NCBI GenBank assembly: GCA_045543455.1
Contig: JAZQMK010000036.1
Span: 3,849-67,848, forward strand
Direction of reading: 5' to 3'
DNA: 64,000 nucleotides
DNA from: Lachnospiraceae bacterium
Lineage (GTDB): Bacteria; Bacillota; Clostridia; Lachnospirales; Lachnospiraceae
Below the pieces are notes generated by a model that was not told where the DNA came from, did no database searches, and saw only the letters and a program-made list of their open reading frames with translations. Every line of letters begins with the position of its first letter. Positions within the stretch are counted from its first letter, which is position 1. This document shows, in pieces, positions 46,755 to 56,724 of the stretch. Both the position numbers and the translations under genes were made by a program.

Positions 46755-48251
46755 ATGTCTTATCAGATAGCAATAGACGGACCTGCAGGCGCAGGTAAAA
46801 GTACAATAGCAAAGCGTGTGGCAAAGCAACTTGATTATATCTATGTTGATACAGGTGCTATGTATAGAGCTATGGCTTTGTATTTTGTTAAAAATGGTAT
46901 TGATATAAAGGATGAAGATGCCATAAATAAGGCGGTAAACAATATTGATATATCAATCAAATATGAAAATGATGCACAACAGGTGTATCTGAATGATGAA
47001 AATGTAACTGCATTTTTAAGAACAGAAGAGGTTGGCAACACAGCCTCTGTTACAAGTGCGTATGCAAAAGTAAGAGAAAAGCTGGTTGAACTTCAAAGAA
47101 AACTGGGTAAGACTAATAATGTGGTAATGGATGGCAGAGATATAGGTACTATGGTACTTGTAGATGCAGATGTAAAGGTATACCTTACTGCTAGTGTAGA
47201 AGCAAGAGCTCAAAGAAGATACAAAGAACTGCTTGAAAAAAATGAGCCTTGCAATCTAGAAGATATTAAGGCGGATATTGAAGACAGAGATTATAGGGAT
47301 ATGAATAGAGATATTTCTCCATTAAGACAGGCTGAAGATGCTATTTTGATTGATTCTTCAGATATGACAATTGATGAAGTGACTGAAAAAATCATCAGAC
47401 TTACAAAGGTCAGGCTTGCCAAAACAGCAGGCTTTTGCTTCGGTGTCAAAAGAGCAGTTGATATAGCCTACGAAAATGTAGATAAAGGGAATGTTTATAC
47501 CTTAGGTCCTATAATTCATAATGAAGAGGTTGTAAAGGATTTAGAAAAGCAAGGTGTAATAGCTCTTAAAGATGAAAGCCAGTTAGGTTGTGTTAAAGAA
47601 AATTCTACAGTAATTATAAGATCTCATGGTGTGGCAAAGCAGGTATACGATTTACTTGAAGAAAAAAAGGTTAATATAATTGATGCCACATGTCCATTTG
47701 TTAAAAAAATTCATAATATTGTGAAAGAAGCAAGTGATAATGGCGACTTTATCGTAATTATTGGTAATGAAGGACATCCTGAAGTAGAAGGCATAAAGGG
47801 ATGGTCAAATTCTGATACAGTTGTAATTGATGATGCTCAAATGATAGAAAATTTGAATATAGAAAAAAATAAAAAAATAAGTATTGTATCCCAAACGACA
47901 TTTAATTACAAGAAATTTCAAGATTTAGTTGAAATTTTTGTTAAAAAAGGTTACAATGTTATTGTTCGTAATACTATTTGTAATGCAACGCAGGATAGAC
48001 AAAAAGAAGCTAGAGAATTAGCGGCATCTGTTGATGCCATGATTGTTGTAGGTTCTAAGAGCAGTTCTAATACCCGCAAGCTTTACGAGATATGTAAGAG
48101 CGAATGTGATAATACTGCCTATGTACAAACTTGTAATGATCTTGATATGAGTCTTTATAAGAATTCAGATAGTATAGGTATTACAGCAGGGGCGTCAACC
48201 CCAAAAAATATTATTGAGGAGGTTCATACTAATGTCAGAGTTAAGTTTTGA
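46755..48251 (+). CDS. cmk/ispH: Fusion protein: cytidylate kinase (N) plus 4-hydroxy-3-methylbut-2-enyl diphosphate reductase IspH (C)
   Basis: IAIDGPAGAGKST..VDTGAMYR (Cmk) up to about aa 215. Then AGFCFGVKRAV, HN..V, ATCPFV.K.H, SQTT, ICNAT..RQ and SSNT (IspH). Confidence 0.9.
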   Translation: MSYQIAIDGPAGAGKSTIAKRVAKQLDYIYVDTGAMYRAMALYFVKNGIDIKDEDAINKAVNNIDISIKYENDAQQVYLNDENVTAFLRTEEVGNTASVTSAYAKVREKLVELQRKLGKTNNVVMDGRDIGTMVLVDADVKVYLTASVEARAQRRYKELLEKNEPCNLEDIKADIEDRDYRDMNRDISPLRQAEDAILIDSSDMTIDEVTEKIIRLTKVRLAKTAGFCFGVKRAVDIAYENVDKGNVYTLGPIIHNEEVVKDLEKQGVIALKDESQLGCVKENSTVIIRSHGVAKQVYDLLEEKKVNIIDATCPFVKKIHNIVKEASDNGDFIVIIGNEGHPEVEGIKGWSNSDTVVIDDAQMIENLNIEKNKKISIVSQTTFNYKKFQDLVEIFVKKGYNVIVRNTICNATQDRQKEARELAASVDAMIVVGSKSSSNTRKLYEICKSECDNTAYVQTCNDLDMSLYKNSDSIGITAGASTPKNIIEEVHTNVRVKF

Positions 48252-49350
48252 ACAAATGCTGGAAGGCACACTTAAGACAATTCATACAGGAGAGGTTGTA
48301 GAAGGCACTGTTATTGGCGTCAAAGAAGATGAAATCATCTTAAATATTGGCTACAAGGCAGACGGTATTATTTCGCGTAACGAGTACACAAACACACCAA
48401 ATATAGACCTTCGTACAGTTATTTCTGTAGGTGATTCAATGCAGGCTAAAGTCTTAAAAGTTAATGATGGAGAAGGTCAGGTGTTATTAACATACAAGAG
48501 ACTTGTAGCTGAGAACGGAAGCAAGAGACTTGAAGAAGCTTTCAACAATAAGGAAGTTCTTAAGGCTGAAGTTAATGAAGTTTTATCAGGCGGTTTAAGC
48601 GTAATCGTTGATGAAACAAGAGTATTTATTCCTGCTAGTCTTGTATCAGATGTATATGAGAAAGATTTATCAAAATATGCAGGTGTTGAAGTTGAATTTG
48701 TAATCAGCGAATTCAATCCAAAGAGAAGAAGAATTATCGGTGATTGCAAGCAGCTTATCGTAGCTAAGAAGGCTGAACAACAAAAAGAATTATTCGCAAA
48801 GATTAAAGAAGGAATGACAGTTGAAGGTGTTGTTAAGAACATTACAGAATTCGGTGCATTCATTGATCTTGGTGGAGCAGATGGTTTATTACATATTTCA
48901 GAGATGTCATGGGGCAGAATCGAGAATCCTAAGAAGTTATTCAAGGTTGGCGATACTGTTAAGTCATACATCAAAGAGATTTCAGGCGAGAAGATTGCAT
49001 TAAGTCTTAAATATGAAGATCAGAATCCATGGATTGATGCTGAAAACAAATATGCAGTTGGTACAGAAGTAACAGGTACAGTTGCAAGAATGACTGATTT
49101 TGGCGCATTTATCGCATTAGAGACAGGTATTGATGGTTTATTACATGTTTCACAGATTGCAAGAGAACATGTTGAAAAGCCAGCAGATGTATTAAAAGTA
49201 GGTCAGGAAATTACAGCTAAGGTAGTTGATTTTGATTTAGAAGAAAAGAAGATCAGCTTAAGTATTAAGGCTCTTTTACCTGAACCTGTAAAGGAAGAAG
49301 TTGCAGAAGAAGTTGTAGAAGAAGCTGTAGCAGATGAGACAGCAGAATAA
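48232..49350 (+). CDS. rpsA: 30S ribosomal protein S1 (four S1 domains)
   Basis: Repeated G.VVEG.V....FGAF.DLGG.DGLLH.S motifs. GAGGAGG SD 9 nt before the ATG at 48232. Overlaps the ispH end by 20 nt. Confidence 0.9.
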   Translation: MSELSFEQMLEGTLKTIHTGEVVEGTVIGVKEDEIILNIGYKADGIISRNEYTNTPNIDLRTVISVGDSMQAKVLKVNDGEGQVLLTYKRLVAENGSKRLEEAFNNKEVLKAEVNEVLSGGLSVIVDETRVFIPASLVSDVYEKDLSKYAGVEVEFVISEFNPKRRRIIGDCKQLIVAKKAEQQKELFAKIKEGMTVEGVVKNITEFGAFIDLGGADGLLHISEMSWGRIENPKKLFKVGDTVKSYIKEISGEKIALSLKYEDQNPWIDAENKYAVGTEVTGTVARMTDFGAFIALETGIDGLLHVSQIAREHVEKPADVLKVGQEITAKVVDFDLEEKKISLSIKALLPEPVKEEVAEEVVEEAVADETAE

Positions 49351-49374
49351 CAATTCTTCAGAATGGAGATTTTT

Positions 49375-50154
49375 ATGCTGGGAAGTTACGAAGAATTTAA
49401 AGCTAATATATTAAAATATTCCGGTATTGATCTTAATTCCTATAAGGAACAGCAGATGAAAAGAAGACTGGATACACTTATCAATCGTAAAGGTTATAAT
49501 GGATATACAGGATACTTTCAAGCTATTAAAACTCAGAAAGATGTCTATGATGAATTCTTGAGTTATATGACAATTAATATATCAGAATTTTTCAGAAATC
49601 CATTACAGTGGGATGTTTTAGAACGAACAGTATTACCAGAGCTTTCGCCTAACAATACACAACAGCTTAAGGTTTGGAGTGCTGCATGTTCGACAGGTGA
49701 CGAGCCTTATACATTAGTGTTGCTTCTTTCAAAATATTTTCCACTTAATAAGATTAAGATATTTGCAACAGATATAGATACTAAGATTATTGAATCGGCT
49801 AAGGCTGGTGTATATCAGGCTAATAGTGTAAAAAATGTGCCTAAGGATTTACTTAGCAAACATTTTACCAAGCTTAACGATACAACATATAGAATTAATG
49901 ACAACATTAAGCAGTGTGTTGAATTTAAGCGTCATGACTTATTAGCTGATCCATATCCAACTAATTATGATTTAATTGTTTGTAGAAATGTGTTGATATA
50001 TTTTACAGAAGAAGCTAAGGAGGCTATATATGGCAAGTTTAGCAATTCTTTAAGATCCGGTGGATATCTGTTTATAGGAAGCACGGAACAGATTATGAAG
50101 TATAGGGATTTTAACTTTACTTCGCATAAGTCGTTCTTTTATAAGAAAAATTGA
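49375..50154 (+). CDS. cheR: Chemotaxis protein-glutamate O-methyltransferase CheR
   Basis: ISEFFRNP..W, WSAACSTGDEPY and CRNVLIYF motifs. Confidence 0.85.
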   Translation: MLGSYEEFKANILKYSGIDLNSYKEQQMKRRLDTLINRKGYNGYTGYFQAIKTQKDVYDEFLSYMTINISEFFRNPLQWDVLERTVLPELSPNNTQQLKVWSAACSTGDEPYTLVLLLSKYFPLNKIKIFATDIDTKIIESAKAGVYQANSVKNVPKDLLSKHFTKLNDTTYRINDNIKQCVEFKRHDLLADPYPTNYDLIVCRNVLIYFTEEAKEAIYGKFSNSLRSGGYLFIGSTEQIMKYRDFNFTSHKSFFYKKN

Positions 50155-50162
50155 TGATAAAC

Positions 50163-50194
50163 AAAAAACTATCGCATTTTGCGGTAGTTTTTTT
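50163..50194. terminator. Bidirectional terminator between cheR and the 50215..51264 gene
   Basis: A-run, stem actatcgc / gcggtagt (one G-U pair), then a T-run. Confidence 0.7.
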
Positions 50195-50214
50195 GATATG
50201 CTCCGTTTTTGTAA

Positions 50215-51264
50215 TTATAAAATCTTCTTTAGATACTCAGTGATATTTAACTCCTCATTTAACTCCTCATTTAACTCTACATATTCATTTCTACTTGAAT
50301 AATCCATACCGTAAGTTGCTATGTCTGTAAGTCCCGGATTTTTGATAAAGCGAGATTGTCTTTTTATATAACAGTTTTGTTTTGTAGCTTTTTGTCTATA
50401 TGTCTTATCTACATACTCGCCAAGACTTTTGTGAATGGCATTGTCTTCGGCAGGGAGATAGTAGTAATCCTTGTAATTATCAAAAAAATGTTTTAGAGTG
50501 GTCTCATTTACTGAGATTTTGCATTTTAGTATATTGTCTGACAAGGTTAGATAATAATAATCACCATTTGATGAAAGGGGAGTAGGTAAGGTATATTTTA
50601 AATGTGCAGTTATTATTATATGCGAGGAAAAATCTGTTACAGTTACATTTTCAAAATCACCTTTAAATACATTTATATATTTTATAATTTCAATAATATC
50701 AAAAAGACCAATAAGGTCATCATGATTATGAAGGATAAGTGGTTCATAAAGGTTAGTAGACTTTGTTTTTACATACTCCTTATAATAATTAATAAGTATA
50801 CCGCCATTTAAGGTATCCTTTCTTGGGATGTTTAGAAAATCTTCTATGTTTGGCTGCTTGTAACTAAGGAGATTAAAGTGATGCTTATATTTCTTAACCA
50901 TACGGTATAAATCTATGCTTTCGTAGCTTGAAAGCCTGTTAGGAATATTGTAAAATTCAGCTTTGTTGTCAATATAAGGTATATCAAAGCCATTGCCATT
51001 ATAAGATATAATATAGAGCTTATCCTTAATATCTTTGAAAAACTTTTCCAGTAAAAGAGGTTCGTCTTCGTAGGATTCAGCAAATAGCTGGCGCAGTTCA
51101 AATCCATTTTCAGAAAAAAGTATGTAACCGATAAGGTAAATATTTGAATTTTTAGCTGAGAGACCTGTTGTTTCAATGTCAAATATAACTAATTCAGTTT
51201 TATCAAGTTTTAGAAGGGAACAAATGTCCAAATTTGATTGTATTTTTTCTTTAATTATCTGCAT
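50215..51264 (-). CDS. RNase H-like (YprB-type) exonuclease-fold protein
   Basis: FDIETTGL and YNG..FD motifs of the DnaQ-like RNase_H_2 fold. The C-terminus contains NEELNEELN, encoded by a 12-bp tandem repeat at 50245-50277. Confidence 0.7.
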   Translation of the reverse strand: MQIIKEKIQSNLDICSLLKLDKTELVIFDIETTGLSAKNSNIYLIGYILFSENGFELRQLFAESYEDEPLLLEKFFKDIKDKLYIISYNGNGFDIPYIDNKAEFYNIPNRLSSYESIDLYRMVKKYKHHFNLLSYKQPNIEDFLNIPRKDTLNGGILINYYKEYVKTKSTNLYEPLILHNHDDLIGLFDIIEIIKYINVFKGDFENVTVTDFSSHIIITAHLKYTLPTPLSSNGDYYYLTLSDNILKCKISVNETTLKHFFDNYKDYYYLPAEDNAIHKSLGEYVDKTYRQKATKQNCYIKRQSRFIKNPGLTDIATYGMDYSSRNEYVELNEELNEELNITEYLKKIL

Positions 51265-51406
51265 TTACAATTTTCTCCTAATGAAATCTTATGTACTAAA
51301 TTATATAATATTTTTATTGTAAAAAAAAGTAGATTTTTCTTGGATTTTAAGGTAAAATTATAGTAGGCTTTTATGACCGAATAAAAGAGAAAGAAGGTTT
51401 AAAAAA

Positions 51407-52726
51407 ATGAGCAAATTAACTTTCAAGGGTGGAGTTCATCCACACGATGGAAAAGAATTTTCAAAAGATTGTGCCATCGTAGAGTTAAAGCCTGAAGGTG
51501 ATATGGTTTATCCATTATCTCAGCATATTGGTGCTCCGGCAACTCCGGTTGTTGCAAAGGGGGATTACGTATTAGAAGGACAGCTTATAGCTTCGGCTAC
51601 AGGTTTTATTTCTGCTAATATCCATTCATCGGTTTCAGGTACAGTTAAGGCAATTGAACCAAGACTGGTTGCCACAGGTGGGATGGTTAATTCCATTGTA
51701 ATTGAAAATGATGGTCTGTATAAGACAGTTGATTATTCGGCTAATACAAAACCATTAGAACAATTGACACCGGACGATATCCGTAACATTGTTAAGGATG
51801 CAGGTGTTGTAGGTATGGGTGGTGCAGGCTTCCCTACTAATGTAAAACTTACACCTAAGAACATTGATGCAATTGAATACATCATTGTAAATGGTGCTGA
51901 GTGTGAACCGTATTTAACATCAGATTACAGAAGAATGTTAGAAGAACCTGAAAGGGTTGTGGGCGGTTTAAAGATTGTTTTAAAATTATTTAAAAATGCA
52001 GTTGGATATATTGCAATTGAAGATAATAAGCCTGAAGCAATTAAGAAGATTTCAGAGCTTGTTAAAAATGAAGAAAGAATTAGTGTTAAGCCGGTTAAGG
52101 CAAAATATCCACAGGGTGGTGAGCGTACTTTAATTTATGCCACAACTAAGAGAGAGATTAATTCTAAGATGCTTCCTGCAGATGCAGGCTGTATCGTACA
52201 CAACGTGGATACGATTGTTTCAATCTACAATGCAGTTGTGGAAGGTTGGCCATTAACTAAGAGAATTGTATCAGTTACAGGTGCTTTAGTTAACAAGCCT
52301 GGTAACTTCTATGTATATCTTGGTATGAATTATCGTCAGCTTATTGAAGCGGCAGGTGGACTTAAGGAAGAAGCAAAGAAGTTTATTTCGGGTGGTCCTA
52401 TGATGGGATTTGCTATGTCTTCTCTTGATGTACCTGTAACTAAGGGTAGTTCATCACTTCTTGTTTTAGAAGAAGACTATGTAGCTAAGGTTGACCCAAG
52501 TGCATGTATAAGATGTGGCAGATGTGTAGATGCCTGCCCAGAGAGAATTATACCATCAAAGCTTGCAGCTTTAGCACAAAGAGGCGACAAAGAGGGCTTT
52601 ATGAAATTAAATGGTATGGAATGTGTAGAATGTGGTTCATGTTCTTATATTTGTCCTGCCAAGAGACATTTAACACAGAATATTAAGGCTATGAGAAGAA
52701 ATATCATGGCTAGCATGAGAAAGTAA
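51407..52726 (+). CDS. rnfC: Rnf electron-transport complex subunit C
   Basis: FKGGVHP, GMGGAGFPT, and two CxxCxxCxxxCP ferredoxin motifs. Confidence 0.95.
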   Translation: MSKLTFKGGVHPHDGKEFSKDCAIVELKPEGDMVYPLSQHIGAPATPVVAKGDYVLEGQLIASATGFISANIHSSVSGTVKAIEPRLVATGGMVNSIVIENDGLYKTVDYSANTKPLEQLTPDDIRNIVKDAGVVGMGGAGFPTNVKLTPKNIDAIEYIIVNGAECEPYLTSDYRRMLEEPERVVGGLKIVLKLFKNAVGYIAIEDNKPEAIKKISELVKNEERISVKPVKAKYPQGGERTLIYATTKREINSKMLPADAGCIVHNVDTIVSIYNAVVEGWPLTKRIVSVTGALVNKPGNFYVYLGMNYRQLIEAAGGLKEEAKKFISGGPMMGFAMSSLDVPVTKGSSSLLVLEEDYVAKVDPSACIRCGRCVDACPERIIPSKLAALAQRGDKEGFMKLNGMECVECGSCSYICPAKRHLTQNIKAMRRNIMASMRK

Positions 52727-52743
52727 GAAAGGTGGATGAGATC

Positions 52744-53685
52744 ATGAGCGATTTATTAAATGTATCAGTTTCACCTCATATACGAGCTAAGGACACAACT
52801 ACAAGCATTATGAGAGATGTTTTAATTGCGTTAGCTCCTGCTAGTATATTTGGTATTTATAACTTCGGATACAAAGCGTTAATTATTATTTTAGTAGCAA
52901 TTGTAACTTGTGTTGCAGCAGAAGGTTTGTATGAATTTTTTATGCATAAGAAAGTTACAGTTGGAGATTTAAGTGCGGCAGTAACAGGTTTACTTATTGC
53001 ATTAAATGTACCACATACATTACCTATTGGTATGGTTATTATTGCTTGTTTATTTGCAATAATTGTAGTTAAGCAGTTGTTTGGCGGATTAGGACAGAAC
53101 TTTATGAATCCTGCGCTTGCAGCAAGATGCTTTTTACTTATTTCCTTTACAGGTCAGATGACAAGCTTTACATATGATGCTGTAACAGGAGCTACACCTT
53201 TAGCAGTTTTAAAGGATGGTGGCAAGGTTGATATTTTAGATATGTTCATTGGACAGACAGCTGGTACAATTGGTGAAACATCAACATTATTTATACTTAT
53301 TGGTGCTTTATACCTTGTAGTAAGAAAGATTATCAGCTTAAGAATACCTTTAGCTTACATTTTAACATTTACAGTATTTATTATTATATTTGGCGGTAAC
53401 GGCTTTGATGTTGAATACATAGCTGCACATCTTTGTGGTGGTGGTTTAATGTTAGGTGCATTCTTTATGGCAACTGACTATGTAACTTCACCGGTTACAC
53501 CAAATGGTAGAATTGTATTTGGTATTATCTTAGGTATTTTAACAGGTATCTTTAGATTGTTTGGTGGTTCAGCAGAAGGTGTATCATATGCAATCATTTT
53601 TGGTAACCTTTTAGTTCCATTAATTGAAAAGGCTACAGTACCAAGAGCATTTGGTATTAAAAAAGCAAAGAAGGAGGACAAATAA
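52744..53685 (+). CDS. rnfD: Rnf complex subunit D
   Basis: SPHIR, NPA and TGATPL motifs. ATG at 52744 preferred over GTG at 52732. Confidence 0.9.
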   Translation: MSDLLNVSVSPHIRAKDTTTSIMRDVLIALAPASIFGIYNFGYKALIIILVAIVTCVAAEGLYEFFMHKKVTVGDLSAAVTGLLIALNVPHTLPIGMVIIACLFAIIVVKQLFGGLGQNFMNPALAARCFLLISFTGQMTSFTYDAVTGATPLAVLKDGGKVDILDMFIGQTAGTIGETSTLFILIGALYLVVRKIISLRIPLAYILTFTVFIIIFGGNGFDVEYIAAHLCGGGLMLGAFFMATDYVTSPVTPNGRIVFGIILGILTGIFRLFGGSAEGVSYAIIFGNLLVPLIEKATVPRAFGIKKAKKEDK

Positions 53686-53686
53686 T

Positions 53687-54295
53687 ATGAAATCAATTAT
53701 TAAAGATTCTCTTATACTTTGTGTAATTACTTTAGTTGCAGGCCTTTTACTTGGTTTTGTTTATGACATTACTAAGGAGCCTATTGCAAAAGAACAGGCT
53801 AGAGCAAAGAAGGAAGCTTGCAAAGAAGTATTTTCAACAGCTAATGACTTTGTTGCGCCAAAGGATGCAATTGATACAGCTAAAATTATTAAAGATGCAG
53901 GTTTAACAGCATCAGTTGAAGAGGTTTTAGTTGCAGTTGATGAAAATAAAAATATTTTAGGCTACGTTATGACAGCAGTTTCATCAGGATATGGTGGAGA
54001 TATTAAATATACAGTAGGTATTCAAAAGGATGGTACTGTTAATGGTATTTCAATTCTTTCCATAAGTGAAACACCAGGTCTTGGTATGAAGGCTAAAGAT
54101 TCAAAATTCTATGGTCAGTACGCAAATAAGAAGGTTCCAGCTTTTATTTATGTAAAGGGTGATGCGTCTGCTGATAATGAAATAAGTGCCATAAGTGGTG
54201 CTACAATTACAACAAATGCAATGACACAGGGCGTTAATAGTGCTTTGGCTGTATATGCATATTTAGAAGCAAATGGAGGTGTTAGCATTGAGTAA
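53687..54295 (+). CDS. rnfG: Rnf complex subunit G (FMN-binding)
   Basis: N-terminal TM and the FMN-attachment motif ISGATITT. AAGGAGG SD before the ATG at 53687. Confidence 0.9.
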   Translation: MKSIIKDSLILCVITLVAGLLLGFVYDITKEPIAKEQARAKKEACKEVFSTANDFVAPKDAIDTAKIIKDAGLTASVEEVLVAVDENKNILGYVMTAVSSGYGGDIKYTVGIQKDGTVNGISILSISETPGLGMKAKDSKFYGQYANKKVPAFIYVKGDASADNEISAISGATITTNAMTQGVNSALAVYAYLEANGGVSIE

Positions 54296-54977
54296 ATGTT
54301 TAGAAAGATTATATAATGGTATAATTAAAGAAAATCCAACATTTGTATTAATGCTTGGTATGTGTCCTACACTTGCGGTTACAACTAGTGCAACTAATGG
54401 TATGGGTATGGGACTTACAACAACAGTAGTTCTTGTAATGGCTAACCTTTTCGTTTCTTTACTTAGAAAGGTTATTCCTGATAAAGTAAGAATGCCGGCA
54501 TATATTGTTATTGTTGCTTCATTCGTTACTATGGTACAGTTCTTATTAGAAGGATTTATTCCAAGTTTATATAGTTCACTTGGTATTTATATACCACTTA
54601 TTGTTGTTAACTGTATTATTTTAGGTAGAGCTGAATCATATGCTTCAAAGAATGGTCCTATTTTATCAATTTTTGATGGTCTTGGTATGGGACTTGGATT
54701 TACAATAGCTATTACAATCCTAGGTGGATTTAGAGAGTTTGTTGGTGCAGGTACTTTATTTGATAAAGATTTAGGTCTTATTGATTTAGGCTACCAGCCA
54801 GCAGCAATATTTGTATTAGCTCCTGGTGCATTCTTTGTATTAGCTTGTCTTGTTGCAATTCAAAACAAGTTAAAAGAAGGTAAACCACAAAAAGAAAATC
54901 AAGCATGTCCAACAGATGGTTGTGCAGGATGTGGTAACACATTATGTGCAGGTCGTGCATTAGCAGATAAAGAATAG
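54288..54977 (+). CDS. rnfE: Rnf complex subunit E
   Basis: NGIIKENP.FVLMLGMCPTLAVT. TTG at 54288 preferred (GGAGGTG 6 nt upstream); ATG at 54273 is possible. Confidence 0.85.
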   Translation: MSKCLERLYNGIIKENPTFVLMLGMCPTLAVTTSATNGMGMGLTTTVVLVMANLFVSLLRKVIPDKVRMPAYIVIVASFVTMVQFLLEGFIPSLYSSLGIYIPLIVVNCIILGRAESYASKNGPILSIFDGLGMGLGFTIAITILGGFREFVGAGTLFDKDLGLIDLGYQPAAIFVLAPGAFFVLACLVAIQNKLKEGKPQKENQACPTDGCAGCGNTLCAGRALADKE

Positions 54978-54989
54978 GAGGAAGGATAA

Positions 54990-55562
54990 ATGAAAGAGAT
55001 TATTATGATTGCCATAACAGCATCGTTAATTAACAATGTTGTATTAAGTCAGTTTTTAGGTCTATGTCCTTTCCTTGGCGTTTCTAAGAAGGTCGGACCT
55101 GCAGTAGGTATGGGTGCAGCGGTATTTTTCGTTATTTCCATATCGTCAGTAGTTACAAAAGTAATTTATGATTTTGTTTTAGTGACATTAAATTTAGAAT
55201 ACTTAAATACTATAGTATTCATTTTAGTAATTGCAGCTTTAGTTCAGTTTGTAGAAATGTTCTTAAAGAAGGCAAGTCCTTCACTTTATGAATCATTGGG
55301 TGTATATTTACCACTTATTACAACAAACTGTGCAGTTTTAGGTGTTGCAATTATTAATGTACAAGAAGGTTATAATTTATTAGAATCTTTAGTAAATGGC
55401 GCATTTACAGCAGTTGGTTTTACAATTGCAATTGTAATTATGGCCGGTATTAGAGAAAGAATCGAATTTAATGATATTCCAAAGCCATTTAAGGGTATGC
55501 CTATTGTTTTATTAACAGCAGGTCTTATGTCTATTGCGTTTATGGGATTTTCAGGATTATAA
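54990..55562 (+). CDS. rnfA: Rnf complex subunit A
   Basis: NNVVLSQFLGLCPFLGVS and ITTNCAVLG motifs. Confidence 0.95.
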   Translation: MKEIIMIAITASLINNVVLSQFLGLCPFLGVSKKVGPAVGMGAAVFFVISISSVVTKVIYDFVLVTLNLEYLNTIVFILVIAALVQFVEMFLKKASPSLYESLGVYLPLITTNCAVLGVAIINVQEGYNLLESLVNGAFTAVGFTIAIVIMAGIRERIEFNDIPKPFKGMPIVLLTAGLMSIAFMGFSGL

Positions 55563-55574
55563 GGAGGATAAGAC

Positions 55575-56363
55575 ATGGAAGGAATACTTATTGCAGCAGC
55601 AGTTGTAGGTGGACTTGGAATCCTTATAGGTTTATTTTTAGGAATTTCAGCTGAAAAATTTAAAGTACCTGTTAATGAAAAAGAAGTACAAATTAGAGCT
55701 GAATTACCAGGTAACAACTGTGGTGGTTGTGGATATGCAGGCTGTGACGGTCTTGCAAAGGCTATTGCAAATGGTGAAGCACCTGTTAACGGATGTCCTG
55801 TTGGCGGTGAAACAGCAGCAGCTAATATTGCGGCAATTATGGGTGCAGAAGTTGGCGATAGCGTTAAATTAGCAGCATTTGTAAAATGTGCAGGTGATTG
55901 CGAAAAAGCAAAGGAAAGCTTTAATTATTACGGAGAAAAGAAATGTAGCGTTATGCCATTAGTTCCAAGTGGCGGACCAAAGACATGTTCATATGGTTGT
56001 TTAGGCTATGGTGAATGTAAGGATGTTTGCGATTTTGGAGCAATTGAAATTGTTAATGGTATTGCTAAGGTAAATCAGGATAAATGTAAGGCTTGTGGAA
56101 AGTGTGTTTCTGTATGTCCAAGACATTTAATAGATTTAGTTCCGGTAACATCAAATGTAAGAGTACAGTGTAATTCAAAGGATAAAGGTGTAGTTGTTAA
56201 GAAAGCCTGCTCAGTAGGTTGTATCGGATGTATGCTTTGTACAAAGCAGTGTGAATTTGGTGCAATTACAGTTGAGAATAATTTAGCAACTATTGATTAT
56301 TCTAAGTGTACAGGATGTGGCAAATGTGCCGAAAAATGTCCTACAAAGGCTATCCATTTATAA
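55575..56363 (+). CDS. rnfB: Rnf complex subunit B (polyferredoxin)
   Basis: N-terminal TM, CGGCGYAGC, and several CxxCxxCxxxCP clusters. Confidence 0.95.
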   Translation: MEGILIAAAVVGGLGILIGLFLGISAEKFKVPVNEKEVQIRAELPGNNCGGCGYAGCDGLAKAIANGEAPVNGCPVGGETAAANIAAIMGAEVGDSVKLAAFVKCAGDCEKAKESFNYYGEKKCSVMPLVPSGGPKTCSYGCLGYGECKDVCDFGAIEIVNGIAKVNQDKCKACGKCVSVCPRHLIDLVPVTSNVRVQCNSKDKGVVVKKACSVGCIGCMLCTKQCEFGAITVENNLATIDYSKCTGCGKCAEKCPTKAIHL

Positions 56364-56383
56364 AAAAGACAGGATGGATTGAT

Positions 56384-56713
56384 TTGAAAAAACAGGATTT
56401 TATATTAATAGGTATACTTTTAGCAGCGGCACTATTGATTTTTATAGGCTATAACGTGTTTTTAAAAGAAAACGGTAAAAAGGTGGTTATAACAGTTGAT
56501 GGTGCTGTGTATACCGAACTTGATTTAGATAAAGATCAGGAATTAGAAGTAAGAACAGAATACGGATATAATAAAGTTGTTATATCTAAAGGAAAAGTAT
56601 ATGTGGAAGACGCTGATTGTGATAATCATACCTGTATTAAGCAGGGGAAGATACATCTTTCAGAGCAAAATATAGTATGTCTGCCACACAAATTAATAAT
56701 AAATATTAATTAG
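56384..56713 (+). CDS. NusG domain II-containing (DUF1312-type) small membrane-anchored protein
   Basis: TM LIGILLAAALLIFIGY, then beta-rich VVITVDG..Y..L.LD....EV, and DCDNHTCIKQG...VCLPHK. TTG at 56384; the ORF-track upstream extension overlaps rnfB. Confidence 0.7.
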   Translation: MKKQDFILIGILLAAALLIFIGYNVFLKENGKKVVITVDGAVYTELDLDKDQELEVRTEYGYNKVVISKGKVYVEDADCDNHTCIKQGKIHLSEQNIVCLPHKLIININ

Positions 56714-56724
56714 CGGAGGCACAT

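Noticed and set aside
51265-51406. I looked for riboswitch or T-box-like leaders in the longer intergenic regions (28445-28624, 33893-34040, 40076-40172, 51265-51406).
   Set aside because: These are short, very AT-rich regions containing promoter-like hexamers only. I could not see conserved riboswitch cores, specifier/T-box motifs or terminator/antiterminator pairs. A covariance-model scan would be needed to exclude them formally.
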